DNA of 32,000 nucleotides from the NCBI GenBank assembly GCA_031288595.1, contig JAITRB010000007.1:36286-68285 (forward strand), given 5' to 3'. The notes beneath the pieces are model-generated. The model ran no database searches, was not told where the DNA came from, and worked only from the letters and a program-made list of their open reading frames with translations. Every line of letters begins with the position of its first letter. Position 1 is the first letter of the stretch. Position numbers and translations under genes: made by a program. This DNA comes from Puniceicoccales bacterium. Its GTDB lineage: Bacteria; Verrucomicrobiota; Verrucomicrobiia; Opitutales; JAIRLG01. This document shows positions 18,711 to 29,436 of this stretch, in pieces.

Positions 18711-19163
18711 ATGCTTGCGGACATCGAGAAGATCCGGCAACTGGCGGCGGTGATGGCGGAGGTCGGCCTTACGGAGATCGAGGTGGAGGGAGAGGGAGGC
18801 CGAATCCGCCTATCCAAACAGGCGGCTTTGACCTCAGTGGCGACCTGGCCGCCGACAGAGCTGGAATCGACGCCCTTGCCCAAGCCTTCGACGGCTTCTG
18901 GAACATCGAGTCCCTATGGGGATTGCCGGACGATCGAATCGCCTCTGGTGGGGACTTTCTACCGCGCAGCTACGCCTGATGGGGAGGCGCTGGTCGCGCT
19001 GGGAGATCGGGTGGCAATCGGCACACCCGTCTGCATCCTAGAGGCCATGAAGGTCATGAACGAGATCCTCTCGGACGTGGAGGGGACGGTGGTCGAGATC
19101 CCCGTCCAGAATGCTGAGCCTGTGGAGTTCGGCCAGGTGCTCTTTTACATCCGGCCCGCCTGA
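18711..19163 (+). CDS. accB: Acetyl-CoA carboxylase biotin carboxyl carrier protein
   Basis: The biotinylation motif EAMKVMNEI is preceded by SPLVGTFYRAA...G..V..G..VCILEAMK, and the N-terminus is MLADIEKIRQLAAVMAEVGLTEIEVE. The track ORF starts upstream at 18615, inside repeat B; ATG 18711 gives a typical ~150 aa. Confidence 0.9.
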   Translation: MLADIEKIRQLAAVMAEVGLTEIEVEGEGGRIRLSKQAALTSVATWPPTELESTPLPKPSTASGTSSPYGDCRTIESPLVGTFYRAATPDGEALVALGDRVAIGTPVCILEAMKVMNEILSDVEGTVVEIPVQNAEPVEFGQVLFYIRPA

Positions 19164-19173
19164 GCCGCTCGCC

Positions 19174-20529
19174 ATGATCCGAAAGCTGCTCATCGCCAAC
19201 CGCGGGGAAATCGCCGTCCGCATCCTGCGGGCTTGCCGGGAGATGGGCATCGAAACTCTGGCAGTCTACTCCCAAGCTGATCGCTCTTCCCTGCATGTCC
19301 AGCTGGCCGACGAAGCCATCTGCATCGGGCCAGCCGCGGCGTCTGAGAGTTACCTCCGCCTGGACCGCATCCTCAGCGCCGCTGAATTGGCCAATGCCGA
19401 TGCCATCCATCCGGGCTATGGTTTTCTCTCGGAAAATCCGAACTTCGCCCAGCTCTGCGAGGACTGCCGCATTCGCTTCGTGGGGCCGAGTGCAGAGACG
19501 ATTCGGCAGATGGGGGACAAGGCACGGGCCAAGGAGGTGGCCAGACGTGCCGGTGTGCCGACGGTTCCGGGTAGCGAGGGCGTCTTGGCCGATGAGGGGG
19601 AGGCCCTGGCCCTGGCGGAAAAAATAGGCTGGCCGGTTCTGCTCAAGGCGGTGGCCGGCGGCGGTGGCCGGGGCATGCGCCTTGTGTCGCGGCCGCAGGA
19701 TTTGTCTCAGGACTTCCTGCTCGCCTGCCACGAAGCTGAAAGGAATTTCGGCCGTGGGGAGCTCTATCTGGAGAAGTACATCGAGGCACCGCGGCACATC
19801 GAGCTTCAAATCCTGGCCGATGCCCAGGGACACTGCGTCCACCTCGGCGAGCGCGACTGCTCCGTCCAGCGCCGCTACCAAAAGCTGATGGAAGAAGCTC
19901 CCTCTCCTTTTCTCGATGAGCCGCTGCGCCGGCGGATGGGGGAGGCGGCCATACGCATCGCCCAGAATGCCCACTATGAGGGGGTTGGTACCGTCGAGTT
20001 CCTCGTCGATGGGCGGAAGAACTTCTACTTCATGGAGATGAATACCCGTCTCCAGGTGGAGCACGGGGTCACGGAGGAGGCGACGGGCATCGACCTCGTC
20101 CAGCAGCAGCTGCGGGTGGCGATGGGGGAGCCGCTATCCCTGCGTCAGGAGGACATTCATTTCATAGGCCATGCGCTGGAGTGCCGGATCAATGCCGAGG
20201 ATCCGGAGAGGAATTTCGCACCCAGCCCGGGAAGGATTTCCCTCTACCATGCCCCGGGAGGTCCTGGCATTCGGATGGACTCATCGGTCTACGGCGGCTA
20301 CGAGATCCCAACGCACTACGACAGCCTGGTCGGCAAGCTCATAGCCACCGGAGCGACGCGGCCGGAGGCGATCCAACGCCTGGAAGGCGCGCTGGCCGAG
20401 CTGCGCCTCGAGGGCATCGCGACGACGGCTCCTCTGGTCAGAGAGATCCTGCGAGACGAGGATTTCCGCGAGGGCCGTGTGACGACCCATTTTCTCCAAA
20501 ACTTTCTCGGGCGCAGCCGCAGCGCCTGA
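19174..20529 (+). CDS. accC: Acetyl-CoA carboxylase biotin carboxylase subunit
   Basis: MIRKLLIANRGEIAVRILRACREMGIETLAVYS, GYGFLSENPNFA, VLLKAVAGGGGRGMRLV, FLVDGRKNFYFMEMNTRLQVEHGVTE and ALECRINAEDP are ATP-grasp biotin carboxylase signatures. The start is 11 nt after the accB stop. Confidence 0.95.
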   Translation: MIRKLLIANRGEIAVRILRACREMGIETLAVYSQADRSSLHVQLADEAICIGPAAASESYLRLDRILSAAELANADAIHPGYGFLSENPNFAQLCEDCRIRFVGPSAETIRQMGDKARAKEVARRAGVPTVPGSEGVLADEGEALALAEKIGWPVLLKAVAGGGGRGMRLVSRPQDLSQDFLLACHEAERNFGRGELYLEKYIEAPRHIELQILADAQGHCVHLGERDCSVQRRYQKLMEEAPSPFLDEPLRRRMGEAAIRIAQNAHYEGVGTVEFLVDGRKNFYFMEMNTRLQVEHGVTEEATGIDLVQQQLRVAMGEPLSLRQEDIHFIGHALECRINAEDPERNFAPSPGRISLYHAPGGPGIRMDSSVYGGYEIPTHYDSLVGKLIATGATRPEAIQRLEGALAELRLEGIATTAPLVREILRDEDFREGRVTTHFLQNFLGRSRSA

Positions 20530-20538
20530 TGGCTCACC

Positions 20539-21954
20539 GTGGACTCTGCGAGCGCATTTAAAAAGGATTCCCTGCAGCTCGTCCTCGTGGGACGGCCCAA
20601 CGTCGGCAAGAGCCGCCTGTTCAACCGCCTCTGTGGCCGACGCATCGCCATCGTCCACGACCAGGCCGGTGTGACGCGGGATGTCCTCGCCGAGGAAATT
20701 TCCCCGGGAATCGTCCTCCTCGATAGTGGGGGCATCGGCCTGGTCTCCGACGAAAAAGCGGTACTGCTTCGGGCAGTGGAGGAACAGGTCGACTTCGCCA
20801 TCGCGGCGGCCGACCGGATTCTCCTCGTCGTCGATGCCTCCGTCGGCTGCCTGCCAGTGGATTTCGAAATCGCCCAGGAGCTCCGCCATTCCGGCAAACC
20901 GATTCTCCTCCTGGCCAACAAGGCCGATGTCGGGGAGCAGCGCCTCCAGCTCGACAGCTTCTACGCATTGGGCCTGGGACCACCTCTAGCCATCTCCGCT
21001 GAGAACGGCCAGGGCGAGGAGACCTTGCGGCGGGAGATCGAGACGTGGGCCCAGAAGCACCTTCGGCCGCGGCCCAAGACAGACGAAGGGATAAAGCCCA
21101 TTACCCTTTGCTTCGCCGGTCGGCCGAACAGGGGCAAGTCATCGCTCATCAATGCCCTACTGCGGGAGAAAAGAGCGGTGGTCTCGCCCGTTCCGGGAAC
21201 GACGCGGGATGCGACGGCCTATCATCTGGATTTTTCGAGCACCGGTGGCGAGAGCTTCCGCTTCCGCCTTCTGGACACGGCCGGCGTTCAGGCGAAGAAA
21301 AAGCTCGCTTCACCGGTGGATTATTTTTCGCAAGTCCGAACGGGAAAGGCCATCGCCGAAGCCGACATCGTCTTCCTGGTCGTCGATGCGCTCAGCGGTC
21401 TGACCCGCTCAGACCAGCTGCTCGCCATGCGGGTGCTCGAAGCGGGCCGAGGCCTGCTCCTCGTCGTCCATAAGTGGGACTTGGCCGAGACGGCCTTTCG
21501 AGAGGGGAAGCTGGAAAATTACAGGACACCGGAGGATTTTCAAAAGGATTTTCTCGGAGCCGTTCGGCGGGAACTCCCCTCGCTCCCAGGACTGCCCGTC
21601 CTCTTTACATCTATCCATGCGGCCGATGGAGCTAAGATCCTTTTAGAGGAGGCCCAGGGCCTCTACGCTCGCCTGGCTCAGGCTCTCCCTACGGGGCTGC
21701 TCAATCGAACGCTGCAGAGGCTGATGGAGGCCCATCCGCCGGCCCTCGCCGTCGGTCGACGGTTCAAGATCTACTACGCGACCCAGACGGGAAACTTTCC
21801 CTTCCGCCTCAAAATTTTTTGCAATCGCCGAGAGCGCCTGGCGGATTCCTATCAGCGCTATCTGGAAAATGGTCTGCGGAAACAGTTCCATCTGGAAGCC
21901 TGTCCGCTCCGCTTCGAATGGGTGGAAAAGGAAGGTCGCCCATCGTGCCTCTGA
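20539..21954 (+). CDS. der: Ribosome-associated GTPase Der (EngA), two G domains
   Basis: First P-loop LVLVGRPNVGKSRLFNRL with LLANKAD; second P-loop FAGRPNRGKSSLINALL with DTAG and VVHKWDL; KH-like C-terminus. GTG start at 20539, 9 nt after accC. Confidence 0.9.
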   Translation: MDSASAFKKDSLQLVLVGRPNVGKSRLFNRLCGRRIAIVHDQAGVTRDVLAEEISPGIVLLDSGGIGLVSDEKAVLLRAVEEQVDFAIAAADRILLVVDASVGCLPVDFEIAQELRHSGKPILLLANKADVGEQRLQLDSFYALGLGPPLAISAENGQGEETLRREIETWAQKHLRPRPKTDEGIKPITLCFAGRPNRGKSSLINALLREKRAVVSPVPGTTRDATAYHLDFSSTGGESFRFRLLDTAGVQAKKKLASPVDYFSQVRTGKAIAEADIVFLVVDALSGLTRSDQLLAMRVLEAGRGLLLVVHKWDLAETAFREGKLENYRTPEDFQKDFLGAVRRELPSLPGLPVLFTSIHAADGAKILLEEAQGLYARLAQALPTGLLNRTLQRLMEAHPPALAVGRRFKIYYATQTGNFPFRLKIFCNRRERLADSYQRYLENGLRKQFHLEACPLRFEWVEKEGRPSCL

Positions 21955-21985
21955 GAACAGCATTCCTCAGGGATGGTATTTTGGG

Positions 21986-22087
21986 GGCGCAATGGCCGCT
22001 TTCGGAGAAAGCCCTCCCCGGGCGCGGCCGCGCCCGGAGGTTCGTCCTAGTGCCGGCAAAGCCGGCGCCAGGACGGGCCATTGCGCC
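21986..22087. repeat. Four-way-junction intergenic element, copy C (102 nt)
   Basis: Closing stem GGCGCAATGGCC (21986-21997) pairs with GGCCATTGCGCC (22076-22087). Hairpins are GCTTTC-gga-GAAAGC (21998-22012, identical to copy B), CCTCC(cc)GGGCGC..GCGCCCGGAGG (22013-22040) and CGTCCTaGTGCCGGC-aaa-GCCGGCGCcAGGACG (22043-22075). It starts 32 nt after the der stop. Confidence 0.8.
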
Positions 22088-22220
22088 TTGCGATGAGAAA
22101 CAGACCATGCATTTTCGCTTTTGCCTCGGACATGAAAATGAGTATTTTCTCCTATTGACAGTGCGGGCGAGGTTATAAGTTCGCGCATCCTTCGAATAGC
22201 CGCATTCCATCTATGAGCTA

Positions 22221-23780
22221 ATGGCCAGACAGATTCTTTTCTTCTCCGTGACTGTACTACTGGGAGGGAGTCCGCTGATGGCGGCGGGAATATCGAGTCC
22301 GAGGGTGCTGCGCTGGGCAGCAAATCCGGAAAGCGGACCACCTTATGCGTTTTTTTCCTGGAAGCAATCCTCGAAGCGAGTCAACGGGATGGATGCCGAT
22401 GTGATTCGGGAAGTGGCCAAACGCCTGGGCTGCGAGGAGCGCTTCTACATCAATGACTGGGACAACCTGATCCCAGGCCTGCGCCGTGGGCTCTACGACG
22501 TCGTGATCAATGGTATTGTCGCGCCGGAACGGCCGATGCCCGGGGTGATCTTTACCCGGCCCTATTTTCGCGGAACGCGCCAGCTGGTCATCCGGCGGGA
22601 TGAGGAAAAAATCGTCAACCTGGCAACGGCCCAGGGCTATCGGGTGGGCCTCATTCCGGACGCATGTACGCATGAGCTATTGGAGGCCTATCCCGGGATC
22701 AAGCTGCTGTACTACACCGACGAGTACGAGGTGTTCTTCGACCTCAAGCGCGGGCAGATCGACGCCATCCTGATGGATAGCCCTGGTGTGCTCTACCACA
22801 GCTCGATCCAAGCAGATACGCGGGTGCTCGAGGAAGCGGTGGTGGAGCTGGAGTACGTCATGGCGCTGCGGGCCGAGGATGGCGAGTGGCTGGAGAGGAT
22901 CAATCGAGCGTTGGAGGAGATGAAGGCCGACGGCAGCCTCTTGGCCATCATGCGCTACTGGGGACTCTGCCAAAAACCCTTCTGCCAGATGCTGGGTATA
23001 CCGGAAGAACCGCTTCCGGAATTGGCATCTGTCCCGGGCTACAGGCAATTTCTGGAAAACGTTCAGTCGCCCACATCCTGGCAGGAGTTCACCGAGCGTT
23101 ACCGGAAGATTTTGCCCCTGCTGGGCCAGGCGGCGCTGATCACCCTGGAGCTCTCCATCGTGTCGATGGGTATTGCGGTGCTGCTGGGCCTCCTGCTGGC
23201 CCTGCTGCGGCTCTACGCACCACTTGCCATCCGATGGCTGGCCATTCTGTGGATCGAATTCCTGCGTGGCACACCGCTGCTGATCCAACTCTTCTTCATC
23301 TTCTACGGCCTGCCCTTCATAGGCATTTCCCTGCCGCCCTTTTGGGCAGCGGTTCTGGCCCTGGGACTGAACTACTCCGCCTTCGAAGCGGAGAACTATC
23401 GGGCGGGCCTGTCCTCGGTCCCCCGGGCCCAGATGGAGGCCGCCAGGGCCCTGGGCATGACCCAGTTCCAGGCTCTGCGCCACGTAATTGTCCCCCAGGC
23501 CTTTTCCTTCGTCCTGCCGCCCATGACCAATGATTTCATAGCCCTTTTGAAGGATTCCTCTCTGGCCTCGCTGGTCACGATGGTCGAGCTGACCAAGACC
23601 TATGCCCTCCTGGCCAATTCCTATTTCGATTTCTTCGGTACCGGTCTGGTGGTGGCCCTGGTCTACCTCCTCATCGGTCTGCCCTTTTCCTATCTCGCCC
23701 ATTTGGCGGAGCGCTACATGTCCCTGGAAAAACAGGCCTATCGAGGAGTATATGCGCGGCGGAGGAGGAATCGGGGCTAG
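22221..23780 (+). CDS. Amino-acid ABC transporter, fused periplasmic substrate-binding domain (family 3) and permease (His/Glu/Gln/Arg type)
   Basis: Signal peptide MARQILFFSVTVLLGGSPLMAAG. SBP region: PPYAFF, NDWDNLIPGLRRGLYDVVINGI, DAILMDSP, EMKADGSL. Permease region: LRGTPLLIQLFFIFYGLP and the EAA loop FEAENYRAGLSSVPRAQMEAARALGMTQFQALRHVIVPQA. Confidence 0.9.
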   Translation: MARQILFFSVTVLLGGSPLMAAGISSPRVLRWAANPESGPPYAFFSWKQSSKRVNGMDADVIREVAKRLGCEERFYINDWDNLIPGLRRGLYDVVINGIVAPERPMPGVIFTRPYFRGTRQLVIRRDEEKIVNLATAQGYRVGLIPDACTHELLEAYPGIKLLYYTDEYEVFFDLKRGQIDAILMDSPGVLYHSSIQADTRVLEEAVVELEYVMALRAEDGEWLERINRALEEMKADGSLLAIMRYWGLCQKPFCQMLGIPEEPLPELASVPGYRQFLENVQSPTSWQEFTERYRKILPLLGQAALITLELSIVSMGIAVLLGLLLALLRLYAPLAIRWLAILWIEFLRGTPLLIQLFFIFYGLPFIGISLPPFWAAVLALGLNYSAFEAENYRAGLSSVPRAQMEAARALGMTQFQALRHVIVPQAFSFVLPPMTNDFIALLKDSSLASLVTMVELTKTYALLANSYFDFFGTGLVVALVYLLIGLPFSYLAHLAERYMSLEKQAYRGVYARRRRNRG

Positions 23781-23790
23781 GGATCCACTG

Positions 23791-23894
23791 GGGCCGGCTT
23801 TCGATGCCGGAGGCATCGCTGCCCCCCGCGGCTTGCGCCGCGGGGGGCGGCCAAGAGGGAAAGCCAGGGAGCTTTCCCCTTGGAAAGCCGGCCC
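23791..23894. repeat. Four-way-junction intergenic element, copy D (104 nt)
   Basis: Closing stem GGGCCGGCTTTC (23791-23802) pairs with GAAAGCCGGCCC (23883-23894). Hairpins are GATGCC-gga-GGCATC (23803-23817), GCTGCCCCCCGCGGC-ttgc-GCCGCGGGGGGCGGC (23818-23851, 15 bp with one T.G) and CAAG(a)GGGAAAGC-caggga-GCTTTCCCCTTG (23852-23882). It starts 11 nt after the ABC fusion stop. Confidence 0.8.
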
Positions 23895-24119
23895 AGACCC
23901 CAGCTCTCTTCGCAGCCCAGACGCTTCGGGTTTTGGGGGCCCCGAGATACTGGTAGCGGAGCACTTGAGTATCCCTTCCGGAGAGACGCAAAATTTCTCT
24001 GAAGTGGCCTCGAGACAAGACGGCGAAAAAGGATCCCTGAAAAGGGATCTGAGACAGCGCGGTGAAAAAACATTGCTATCCGGCCGGCGATCGATTACTC
24101 AGGGGAATCCTCGTCCGAC

Positions 24120-26431
<2,312 letters not shown>

Positions 26432-26478
26432 TTCCTGCAAAGTGTGTGGCGGTGAGGGTGACGAAGGGAGAAACTTTT

Positions 26479-27396
26479 ATGCCGGATGGTCTGCCCAATT
26501 TTTTTACAGCCACTGCTGGCCTGACGAACTTGGCCATCGAGCTCTGCGATATTCTGGAGCTGCCGCGATTTTTCACGGCCGAGGGCTTTACGGATTGCTT
26601 CCAGGAGAACTTTCTGCGCCCTTCGGAATTGGAGCGTTACCAGTGCAGTCGCCTGCCACCGGCGGCCAAGAACATGGACCGCGGGGCCTTTTACGAGCTC
26701 TGCCGCCGCTGGGGATTTCTGGAAGAGATCTTGCCCCGAAGGGCTCTGGGGGATTACGACGCCATCCTCATCTATGCCCTTGGCGTGGAGGGTATGTGCG
26801 CCGCCGGCCATTATCTGAAGAATCAACTGCTGCTGGCAAAGGAGCAGGGGGCGACATTCCTTCCGGACATTTTCGTCCTGACTGGCTCGCGCTTGCTGAC
26901 GATGGAAGGGGAGGAGGCAATGGCGGAGCATCTGCGGGAGCGCCACCTACCAGATACCGAGGAATGGGCGGCTCGCCTGCTTTTCCGCCATGCGCTGCAA
27001 GACCTGGAGAAATCCTTTGAGATCGTCTCGGTCCCCATGCAGCAGACCCATGATGCAGGGGGCACGTGCGTCTGGAGACGGCCGGATACCCGCGATACAC
27101 TGAGGGCATTTTTCTCGCAATGCGGCGCTCGAGAACAGAATTCCCTTCTGGCGATTTCCCTCAATCCCTTCGTCAGCTACCAGCACGCGGTGGGCCTAGC
27201 GACCTGGAGGGAAAAAGGGGGAGCTGCATTTTACCCCCAAGCCCTGGAAACCGTAGGCCCGCTGCATCCGCGCTTCATGCTCGAGCGCTGGAAATCGGAT
27301 GAGGAGCGCCTGATCGCGATTTTGCTCGATAATTTCGCCCGCTGTGCCTATGAAGAGCTGGGGTTATTGGTGAAGAGAGGAGCGGAATCGTGTTGA
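26479..27396 (+). CDS. Hypothetical cytoplasmic protein (305 aa) inserted between atpD and atpC
   Basis: Open frame with AAGGGAG 9 nt upstream of ATG 26479; the track ORF starts at GTG 26446. Its TGA stop overlaps the atpC ATG (TGATG at 27394-27398). No TM or signal peptide. There is a weak, unverified resemblance to DUF218/YdcF-type folds: YDAILIYALGVEG ... IFVLTGSR ... EEAMAEHLRER ... LLAISLNPFVSYQHAV. Confidence 0.6.
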   Translation: MPDGLPNFFTATAGLTNLAIELCDILELPRFFTAEGFTDCFQENFLRPSELERYQCSRLPPAAKNMDRGAFYELCRRWGFLEEILPRRALGDYDAILIYALGVEGMCAAGHYLKNQLLLAKEQGATFLPDIFVLTGSRLLTMEGEEAMAEHLRERHLPDTEEWAARLLFRHALQDLEKSFEIVSVPMQQTHDAGGTCVWRRPDTRDTLRAFFSQCGAREQNSLLAISLNPFVSYQHAVGLATWREKGGAAFYPQALETVGPLHPRFMLERWKSDEERLIAILLDNFARCAYEELGLLVKRGAESC

Positions 27397-27809
27397 TGGC
27401 GTTTGCACTGGTGACGCCGCTTGGCGTGATGCGGGAAACTGAAGTCGAATCAGTGGTCCTGCCCTCGGCCCTAGGGGAGATGGAGATTTTACCGGGGCAT
27501 CGTCCATTGTTGGCTCTACTCGTCCCGGGCGAGCTGCGCCTGCGGCAAGGAGAACAGGGGGAATCACTGGTCATTGACCGCGGGTTCGTCTATGTTTCCC
27601 GGGATCGTGTCGTCGTGACGGTGGAGCAGGCGATGAGGCTGCAGGAAGTGGATGTGTCGGCCGTGGAGCTCGCACAGCGGCGCGCAGAGGAGGCCCTGCG
27701 GGCAGCCGCCGGGCAGAGGGAAGCCCTAGATTCAGAAGAGATCAAGCGCCTGGAGGCAAAGATCCGCTACCAGCTGGCCCAGAAGGCGGTAAAAAATCGC
27801 TACAGCTAG
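27396..27809 (+). CDS. atpC: F1 ATP synthase subunit epsilon
   Basis: LVTPLGVMRETEVESVVLPSALGEMEILPGHRPLLALLVPGELRL...GFVYVSRDRVVV matches the epsilon beta-sandwich signature (G.MGILPGH.PL), followed by a helical C-terminal hairpin. The start is either ATG 27396 or GTG 27390. Confidence 0.85.
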   Translation: MAFALVTPLGVMRETEVESVVLPSALGEMEILPGHRPLLALLVPGELRLRQGEQGESLVIDRGFVYVSRDRVVVTVEQAMRLQEVDVSAVELAQRRAEEALRAAAGQREALDSEEIKRLEAKIRYQLAQKAVKNRYS

Positions 27810-27888
27810 GGTGCTTTCTGAGGTATTGCTCTTGGGAGTGCTCCCTAGGGGGAGGAAAGGCTATTGCTTGTGGAGATTCCGTTGTCTT

Positions 27889-27986
27889 GGGGCTGGCTTT
27901 TCATAGGAGTGCCGAGCGGGAACCACTCGGCACTCCTATGGGGCCCGCTCCGCGGGCTGATTCCTTCGGAATCAAAAGCCAGCCCC
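27889..27986. repeat. Four-way-junction intergenic element, copy E (98 nt), inverted relative to copies A and G
   Basis: Closing stem GGGGCTGGCTTTT (27889-27901) pairs with AAAAGCCAGCCCC (27974-27986). Hairpins are CATAGGAGTGCCGAG-cgggaacca-CTCGGCACTCCTATG (27902-27940, 15 bp), GCCCGC-tcc-GCGGGC (27943-27957) and GATTCC-ttc-GGAATC (27959-27973). It lies between the convergent atpC and M42 peptidase genes. Confidence 0.8.
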
Positions 27987-28125
27987 TAAGAAAATATAGA
28001 CACCTAATACTCTCTCCCAAGAAGAGCCCTCCAGCTCCGCCCTGCTGCCGGCCCCTCTCGGACCGAACGTTCTTCCAGCCCGCACCTAGCCCAAAGTGCC
28101 CCGGCTCTGGCGGTTTCTCTCTTGC

Positions 28126-29184
28126 TCAGAACTCGAATCTGTCCTCGGCGTGAAGGGAATGGGCAAAGGCGACCAGGAGGCGGACGATATTTTCCAGATC
28201 TTCCAGGTGAATCGTCTCGACTGGCGTGTGCATGTAGCGCAGCGGAATGCTGATGAGTCCCGTGGCGATGCCGCTCTGGGCCATCTGGATTGCCCGAGCA
28301 TCGGTGCCGGTGGGGAGGGTTTCGGTCGCGATCTGGTAGGGGATCTTCTTCTCCTCGGCACAGGCGATGAGCCTCTCAAACACGATAGGATTGATATTGC
28401 ACCCACGGGCGATCATAGGACCGGCTCCGAGGGAGAATTTACCATCGCGCTTCGCATCGCAGTTGGGAAAATCAGTCGCATGCCCGACATCGACGGCGAT
28501 TCCCACACGAGGGTGGATTCGATAGGCCGCTGTCGTGGCCCCGCGCACGCCCACTTCTTCCTGCACACTGGCGACCGAAGTCACTCCGCAGTCGAGGGAA
28601 TCCTTTTCCGCAGCGAGGCGCCGGAAGGACTCCATGACCGCATAGGCTCCCGCTTTGTCGTCGAAGGCGCGACCGGAGATCAGTTCCCCGCCCAGGGATT
28701 CCAATGTGTCGGTGTAGACGATCGGGTCGCCGATTCGGACGCGTTCCAGGGCCTCTGCCTCGCTCTTGGCTCCGATGTCGACCCAGATCTCGTGGAGCTT
28801 GGGCACCTTTTTCCGTTCCTCCTCATCCATCAGGTGCACTGCCCGCTTGCCGGTCACCCCAAGGATGGGCCCTTCGCGGGTCAGAACGCGCACATGCCGA
28901 CCGGAAATAATGCTCAGGTCATGGCCGCCAATGCGGTCGAAGAAGAGAAAGCCTTTCTCATCGATGTGGTGAATGGCGAAGCCCAGCTCATCTATGTGTC
29001 CCATGTACAGGAGTTGACAGGGATGCTCCGGATGCAAGTGGGCATAGCGATTCCCCAAGACGTCCTTTTCATAGCGCTCGGCTACGTGGGACATCTGCCG
29101 GTCCATAACCTGCTGGGCCGCGAATTCGTACCCAGACGGCGACGGAGCTTCGATGAGTTCCTTTAAAAAATTCGGAATTTCCAT
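28126..29184 (-). CDS. M42 family metallopeptidase (glutamyl aminopeptidase / FrvX-YsdC type)
   Basis: FLKELIEAPSPSGYE, LLYMGHIDELGFAIHHIDEKGFLFFDRIGG, GRAFDDKAGAYAV, SVQEEVGVRGA and TPVETIHLEDLEN are typical M42 motifs, and the length (352 aa) fits. Confidence 0.9.
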   Translation of the reverse strand: MEIPNFLKELIEAPSPSGYEFAAQQVMDRQMSHVAERYEKDVLGNRYAHLHPEHPCQLLYMGHIDELGFAIHHIDEKGFLFFDRIGGHDLSIISGRHVRVLTREGPILGVTGKRAVHLMDEEERKKVPKLHEIWVDIGAKSEAEALERVRIGDPIVYTDTLESLGGELISGRAFDDKAGAYAVMESFRRLAAEKDSLDCGVTSVASVQEEVGVRGATTAAYRIHPRVGIAVDVGHATDFPNCDAKRDGKFSLGAGPMIARGCNINPIVFERLIACAEEKKIPYQIATETLPTGTDARAIQMAQSGIATGLISIPLRYMHTPVETIHLEDLENIVRLLVAFAHSLHAEDRFEF

Positions 29185-29357
29185 GACTTTCTCTCTTGGG
29201 TATACCCTTTGTCCCTCTTTGTCAAGTCTCGCTGCTCTTCGCCATTCCTATTGGCATCCAGAATTTATGGTCTAGCTTTGAAGAGGACTGCTGCTCTTGC
29301 TGCTTCTCGGTTTTATCCTAGAACTTAGAAAGTCTCATCGGCGCTTTTCTCTCCTTG

Positions 29358-29393
29358 GAAAATGAAAAGAGCCTCCCTTATGTTCGGAGGCTC
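29358..29393 (-). terminator. Rho-independent terminator downstream of the 281-aa OMP gene
   Basis: The minus strand reads GAGCCTCC-gaacataag-GGAGGCTC followed by TTTTCATTTTCC, 44 nt after the stop at 29437. Confidence 0.65.
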
Positions 29394-29436
29394 GTTGGAT
29401 CCAAGGAATATAAATCTCAATGAAAACGGCTAAGTC

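Noticed and set aside
19054-20064. A 336-aa minus-strand ORF, plus several 60-235-aa ORFs across accC, fabF, der, thyX and the pil-like genes (for example 17415-18122, 17606-18262, 20281-20921, 12826-13578, 13606-14283, 13661-14473, 15493-16380, 10278-10934)
   Set aside because: All overlap well-supported genes in other frames or on the other strand. They translate to Arg/Pro/Gly/Ala-rich low-complexity strings.
22155-22179. TTGACA ... TATAAG upstream of the ABC fusion gene as a promoter
   Set aside because: The spacer is only 13 nt (22161-22173), too short for a sigma70-type promoter.
22677-23816. A 379-aa minus-strand ORF
   Set aside because: It is antisense to the SBP-permease fusion, which has a signal peptide, SBP motifs and an EAA loop. 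Its composition (Gly/Gln/Arg/His-rich) is typical of a GC-driven artefact.
28096-29166. A 356-aa plus-strand ORF
   Set aside because: It mirrors the M42 peptidase gene, whose minus-strand product has clear family motifs. The plus-strand product is Arg/Gly/His/Asp-rich and featureless.
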